Of a stretch of 32,000 bases of DNA, positions 27,333 through 32,000 are shown in pieces. Under the pieces are notes generated by a model, which searched no databases, had not been told where the DNA came from, and saw only the letters and a program-made list of their open reading frames with translations. The translations under genes and the position numbers were made by a program. The stretch comes from Promethearchaeota archaeon (lineage in GTDB: Archaea > Asgardarchaeota > Lokiarchaeia > Sigyniarchaeales > Promethearchaeaceae): positions 90,001 through 122,000 of the forward strand of contig JAFGBS010000014.1 in assembly GCA_016933055.1 (NCBI GenBank). Reading direction: 5' to 3'. Every line of letters starts with the position of its first letter. The stretch's first letter is position 1.

Positions 27333-29168
27333 ATGTCTGAAAAACAAGTCCTCACGGGTTCGGAAGTTATTGTAAATTATCTAATCAAGGAAGGAGTGAA
27401 ATATGTTTTTGGTATTCCCGGACATGGTTGTCTCGGATTAACTGATGCCTTTCAAAGAAATAGGGATAAAATTATTGTAATCCAACCTAAACAAGAAATG
27501 GCGGGTGTCCATATGGCAGTTGGATATTATCGTGTTACAGGTCGACCATTAGCTGTGTTTACAAGCATTGGTCCTGGTGCCACAAATACTGCGATCGGGT
27601 TAGCAGATGCGTTTGTTGATTCTATGCCAGTTTTAGTTATAACAGGAGATACCCACGTCCATATGCGAGGAGTGGGGGTGTTACAAGAAATTGAACGCCA
27701 TCGAGATAGTGGATTTCCACGGGTATTAGAACCTTTGGTTAAACGTCAATTCGAACTCGCTCATGTGAATCAAGTACCGAAAGTCATTCAACGAGCATTT
27801 AACATAATGATGACAGGTCGAAAGGGTCCAGTACATATTGATATACCCATGGATGTCCAATGTGCAGGGACTTCCATTTCAGTACCCAATCCAATTTTAC
27901 GAAAAACCCTTGCAAAACCGCGCGCAGAACTTGATCTAATTAAAAATGCTGTAAAGTTATTCATGAGTGCAGAACGTCCTTTAATCTGGCTTGGTGGAGG
28001 AGTTATAAATTCTGAAGCAACGGATGAAGTTATTGAACTAGCAGAATTCGTGGGTTCCCCTGTCTTAGGATCCATGATGGCAAAGGATGCATTCCCAAAT
28101 GACCACCCCTTATTCGGTTGGGCTACAGGCTCTAAAGGAACTACAGTCGGTATAGAATTAAGTAGAAAGGCTGATGTAGTATTAGCAATTGGTACACGCT
28201 TTGCTGACGAGTCTACATGTTCGTATAGAAAAGGGAGTGCTTGGAATTTTGGTGAAGGAGAAGAAGACACAAAATTAATCCAAATTGATATCGATCCCCA
28301 TGAAATTGGAAAAAACTATCCTGTAAATGTAGGGATTATTGGGGATGCGAAAGTTGTACTTCGGGATATGATAACGGAATTGAAACAATATTATAAACCC
28401 TCACTAAATGCAAAATATTCAAGTACTCACTATTTTAAAGAAATTCAATCCCTCAAAAAGAAGTGGAAAGAATTCTTAGATGAGTGGAGAAAGCCTGAAT
28501 TAGAACCTGTAATGATATCTTGTGTGCTTAAAGAAGTTAGGGAGTTTCTCGATAGGGACGCTATCATCGTTACTTCATCGGGCAACGTACAAGCACAAAT
28601 TATCCAAGAGATCGAGTTCTATGAACCAAGGACATGTATAACCGCGGGAGGGTTTTCCACGATGGGGTATTCGGTTCCAGCAGCTATTGGGGCAAAATTA
28701 GGGCAACCAGATCGTCAAGTTATCGCTTTGGTAGGGGATGGAGACTTTATGATGACAATGGGGGAGCTTCATACAGCAGTGCAAGTAGGAAAGAATCTGG
28801 TGATTGTTATCTTAAATAATGCGGGTTGGATAGCAATTACAGATTTGCAGCGAGCAGTTTATGGGGATGAACATGCATATGCTACCGAGTTCGAAGATAC
28901 CGAAGGCTTCTATTCCCCTAATTTCGCAGATATTGCAAAAGGATTTGGATGCTGGAGTACTCGTATATCTCGAGCGAAAGAAATTAAACCTGCACTTAAG
29001 GAAGCATTTGCACAAAAGGGAGTATCTGTTGTGGAGATTTTGGTGAATAGAGACCCTCGTTATTCCGGATCACCGGCTTGGGGATGGTGGGATGTTCCAA
29101 TTCCGACTTACTTGAAGGAAAAACGAGAAAAATATTTAAAGGAATTAGAAGAAGAAGATCTTAGCTAA
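27333..29168 (+). CDS. ThDP-dependent enzyme of the acetolactate synthase/IolD family
   Basis: [10 protein letters not shown]...[42 protein letters not shown] and the ThDP motif GDGDF...N(24)N. Confidence 0.85.
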   Translation: MSEKQVLTGSEVIVNYLIKEGVKYVFGIPGHGCLGLTDAFQRNRDKIIVIQPKQEMAGVHMAVGYYRVTGRPLAVFTSIGPGATNTAIGLADAFVDSMPVLVITGDTHVHMRGVGVLQEIERHRDSGFPRVLEPLVKRQFELAHVNQVPKVIQRAFNIMMTGRKGPVHIDIPMDVQCAGTSISVPNPILRKTLAKPRAELDLIKNAVKLFMSAERPLIWLGGGVINSEATDEVIELAEFVGSPVLGSMMAKDAFPNDHPLFGWATGSKGTTVGIELSRKADVVLAIGTRFADESTCSYRKGSAWNFGEGEEDTKLIQIDIDPHEIGKNYPVNVGIIGDAKVVLRDMITELKQYYKPSLNAKYSSTHYFKEIQSLKKKWKEFLDEWRKPELEPVMISCVLKEVREFLDRDAIIVTSSGNVQAQIIQEIEFYEPRTCITAGGFSTMGYSVPAAIGAKLGQPDRQVIALVGDGDFMMTMGELHTAVQVGKNLVIVILNNAGWIAITDLQRAVYGDEHAYATEFEDTEGFYSPNFADIAKGFGCWSTRISRAKEIKPALKEAFAQKGVSVVEILVNRDPRYSGSPAWGWWDVPIPTYLKEKREKYLKELEEEDLS

Positions 29169-29175
29169 TTTATTT

Positions 29176-30309
29176 CTACAACATCTGGATAATAGGTTTC
29201 AGCTCATCTCGTAACCACTCAACATCCGCAAATTCCTTCTTTCCATCTCCTGAAAAAACCGCCCAAAGCAACAAATCGTCGTCCTGATATGGGAATAGTT
29301 TAGTTGTTTTCATCGTGAGCTGGTTTGCGGTAAATTCCATACTATAGTCGGTTTCTAATTTCAGTCCACCTGTATGCTTATAAAAATCAACCAAAGCTTG
29401 CATGATTAACCCCGTCTGAGTTATAATATTCTCTAATATTGGTTCCATCGAATATGTAGCGAGAACTAAACTGTTGTTTGTCATCAATGCTAACGCTTTC
29501 GCGTTTATCTTTTCGGAATACTCTTGCACCAACTTTTCCAACATGTACGTGGCGGTATGCATTTCTTGAATAGCAATGGAAAATAGTTGTTCTACAGTTT
29601 CACGAAGATAGATGGTGGAATTCACAAATTTGCAATTATACTGAAGATCCAGTGCTTTAGTAGCGATTGTATCTATCAAATTTGCGCGTTTACGGAGTAG
29701 CTCTTCATCATCTTGAACATCAGGATCAAATTTATGCATAGAAACAATAAGAGGAGGTTTATCTCCCATTTCATTCACAAGACGCATTATTTCAAACAAG
29801 TAGTCGAGTGATTCATCATACCGATTGGAATCTAGCACATCGATAACAAAAATGATCAAGTCAGATTCTAAGAATAAATCAGGTCGCGCTAGATACATTT
29901 TCCTGTAGGCTTCTTGTCCACCGAAATCCCAACAGATCATACTCGTTCCCAAAAAGTCCATTGTTTGTCTACTAACACCTCGCGTGGGGAGGAGATTCCG
30001 AATGGTGGAATGTTTTCTTTGGAGGATTTGGAGAATAGAAGTCTTACCAGCTGCATCCAAACCCAATAAGAGGATTTTCTTTTCTTGAGAGGAAGTAGCA
30101 AATTGTAATAACATCATAGCTGTACGAATCCATTTATCCATTACACTTTCGGGTAAATCTTGGATTTTAGGTGGGGTGATTACTTGTGCTAAGTCGCTGA
30201 TAGTGTGTAATCCATTTTCTTTCAATTTCTCGGTATTTATCGGATCTATTCCTCGTAATAATCCCACATCCAATTCTAAAATGTCTTCGATCGATCTGAC
30301 ATTTTGCAA
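29176..30309 (-). CDS. Rag/Arf-like small GTPase with N-terminal HhH-like domain and C-terminal roadblock-like domain
   Basis: LRGIDP...KLKENGL.TI.DLA (HhH-like); KILLLGLDAAGKTS, LPT.G, WDFGGQ, IFVID, HKFD; ~120-aa C-terminal alpha/beta domain. Confidence 0.85.
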   Translation of the reverse strand: MQNVRSIEDILELDVGLLRGIDPINTEKLKENGLHTISDLAQVITPPKIQDLPESVMDKWIRTAMMLLQFATSSQEKKILLLGLDAAGKTSILQILQRKHSTIRNLLPTRGVSRQTMDFLGTSMICWDFGGQEAYRKMYLARPDLFLESDLIIFVIDVLDSNRYDESLDYLFEIMRLVNEMGDKPPLIVSMHKFDPDVQDDEELLRKRANLIDTIATKALDLQYNCKFVNSTIYLRETVEQLFSIAIQEMHTATYMLEKLVQEYSEKINAKALALMTNNSLVLATYSMEPILENIITQTGLIMQALVDFYKHTGGLKLETDYSMEFTANQLTMKTTKLFPYQDDDLLLWAVFSGDGKKEFADVEWLRDELKPIIQML

Positions 30310-30540
30310 AGCATCCTTTTTGAAAAACTCGATTAACTTCTCAATTTGCTGAATCTATATCCCCTCTCACTTATAATTTACTAGCTGGTACTGGATATTT
30401 CTAAGTTATTCTTATCTTTAATGTGGAAAAATAAACCTAAGTGTTTGTCTCATTTATTTCGATTAACTAAAAAGATTTTAAGTTCGGTTTTTTTAACATA
30501 GGTATAGCAAGTCTAAATTAAAAAAATAAAGTGTGAAAAA

Positions 30541-31263
30541 GTGTTCGGAAGAGGCGGCGCCGGGGCGTATGACCGTGTTGTGACCATGTTTTCCCCCGAT
30601 GGTAGATTATTTCAAGTAGAATTTGCATTAGAAGCAGTACGAAGAGGATCATTAGCCGTAGCCATTAAGAGCACGAAAGGTGCTATTATTGTAGTGTTGA
30701 AAAAAACCAATGATAAGTTACGGGATCCTGATACAATAAAAAAAGTATTTCAAGTTGATGACCACATTGGATGCGCGATTTCCGGATTGCATGCAGATTC
30801 CCGAGTATTAGTGAACTGGGCTAGGGTTCAAGCTCAATACTATAAGCTCAATTATGGTGAATCTATGAAATTACAGACATTAGTTCGACGTCTGGCTGAT
30901 GTAAAACAAATGTATACTCAATCAGGTGGAATACGTCCATTTGGTTGTGCATTTATTTTAATATCTGTAGATCCCGATGGCATTCCACAATTAATGACTA
31001 CGAGTCCTTCGGGTAGATTTTCCTCATGGAAAGCCACCGCTCTAGGACAAAATGAAGATCGTGCAAGAGACATCCTTAAAGAAAATTACAAGGAAGATGC
31101 ATCCTTAGAAGATTTGATGAAATTAGGAATTAAAGTCCAAAAACAGACTTCCGAAGAGGAAATCACTGCCGAAGATGTTGAAATTGCGTTTGTTAATAAT
31201 GTAGATAGAAAATTTGATTTCGTCCCTCAGAAAAAGATCAAACTCCTATTTAATCAAGCATAA
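30541..31263 (+). CDS. psmA: 20S proteasome alpha subunit
   Basis: YDR..TMFSPDGRLFQVEFA.EAV.RG, IKKVFQVDDHIG..ISGL.ADSRVL, GGIRPFG, PSG....KA.ALG; GTG start. Confidence 0.95.
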   Translation: MFGRGGAGAYDRVVTMFSPDGRLFQVEFALEAVRRGSLAVAIKSTKGAIIVVLKKTNDKLRDPDTIKKVFQVDDHIGCAISGLHADSRVLVNWARVQAQYYKLNYGESMKLQTLVRRLADVKQMYTQSGGIRPFGCAFILISVDPDGIPQLMTTSPSGRFSSWKATALGQNEDRARDILKENYKEDASLEDLMKLGIKVQKQTSEEEITAEDVEIAFVNNVDRKFDFVPQKKIKLLFNQA

Positions 31264-31275
31264 ATCTTTTTTCTC

Positions 31276-32000
31276 TCATACTTTACCCATAAGTAAATCC
31301 TTATATTTTTCTAATCGTCCTAGATTGAATTCTTTTAGTAGCTCTTCAATTTCATTTCGATCATAAGTCCTCATTCTTATTATCAGATCATAATAAGGAA
31401 GACTTTTCAGCACTTCTAAAGGACTTCCCTCAATTCCTTCCGCAACAATTTCTTCAAAGTCCATATTCGTATAGCTTTTACCAACCCCTGGAAAAAGTTG
31501 GAAATACGCAGCCATAAATCCTTCATAAGTCAATCGTTTAACGTCTTCACGGGACCAAATTTCTCGAGTAATCATGCTTTTTATCATTTCTATGGAGGTA
31601 TAAAGATGGTCAATAGACTCTTCTGCAAGGCGGATTGCTTCTTCTTTTTTATTTAACAAATAACAACAATGCATCAAGATAAGCCGATATTCGGATATAA
31701 TGTGTACCAAACGGGTTTTCGCATAAATTGAAATGATATTTAAACGAGATGATTGCAAGTCTCCAAGTAATTCCGATAAATTATTCAATCCCTCATTAAA
31801 AAATTCAAGTAATCTTGAATAAATTTCTAATGCTTCTTCATACATTCCAAATTTTAACAGTTTTATCCCTCGAAATTCTTCTGCACGATAATCAACGGAT
31901 TTTGGATTTAATCGTAATACTGCTAAAATAACTATTCTTTCTCCCACTTCATGTTTTCCTACATATTCATAGCATTCTGCAGCTCTCATCAGAAAGAGCG
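31276..32000 (-). CDS. Hypothetical all-helical (TPR-like) protein, probably 5'-partial
   Basis: The frame stays open to the window edge (..LFLMRAAECYE). Helical repeats such as GMYEEALEIYSR and KKEEAIRLAEE. Confidence 0.6.
   Translation of the reverse strand, partial: LFLMRAAECYEYVGKHEVGERIVILAVLRLNPKSVDYRAEEFRGIKLLKFGMYEEALEIYSRLLEFFNEGLNNLSELLGDLQSSRLNIISIYAKTRLVHIISEYRLILMHCCYLLNKKEEAIRLAEESIDHLYTSIEMIKSMITREIWSREDVKRLTYEGFMAAYFQLFPGVGKSYTNMDFEEIVAEGIEGSPLEVLKSLPYYDLIIRMRTYDRNEIEELLKEFNLGRLEKYKDLLMGKV

Noticed and set aside
27227-27355. 43-aa N-terminal extension of IlvD in the ORF track
   Set aside because: It would overlap the start of the divergent ThDP enzyme gene and remove the shared promoter space; ATG 27226 fits better.
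2094-29046. The many 60-160 aa ORFs nested in or antisense to long genes (e.g. 2094-2354, 9779-10141, 13177-13467, 17339-17647, 26535-26912, 27788-28270)
   Set aside because: They overlap well-supported genes or tRNAs and show no motifs; expected shadow ORFs.
1-32000. CRISPR arrays, transposases, integrases, rRNA, selenoprotein readthrough
   Set aside because: No periodic repeat-spacer pattern or recombinase motifs seen. The redox enzymes (CdhA, AOR) are full length with no in-frame TGA.

Overview
AT-rich archaeal chromosomal window, most consistent with an Asgard archaeon (Lokiarchaeia-like). This assignment is inferred from the archaeal rpl31e-eIF6-rpl18a-pfdA-ftsY gene order, a Rab-like and a Rag/Arf-like small GTPase, CdhA, an AOR-family enzyme, a proteasome alpha subunit and BHB-intron tRNAs. 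It holds about 27 protein genes and 2 intron-containing tRNAs. I saw no CRISPR array, rRNA, integrase or transposase. Most notable: (1) tRNA-Gly(TCC) with two introns; (2) tRNA-Pro(CGG) with a D-loop intron whose 3' splice strand is duplicated in the last codons of the upstream Rab-like gene, which could form a competing BHB that removes the Rab stop codon; (3) an HhH + Rag/Arf-like GTPase + roadblock-like fusion; (4) a PheA that cleanly lacks one lobe of its dehydratase domain; (5) a bacterial-type RNase PH; (6) a transporter/dehydrogenase/IlvD-Edd/IolD-like ThDP enzyme/AOR cluster that may be an undescribed catabolic route; (7) a HerA-like ATPase operon divergent from a DUF1512 protein with GPR/YyaC-like aspartate motifs. 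All calls come from reading motifs by eye; no searches were run.
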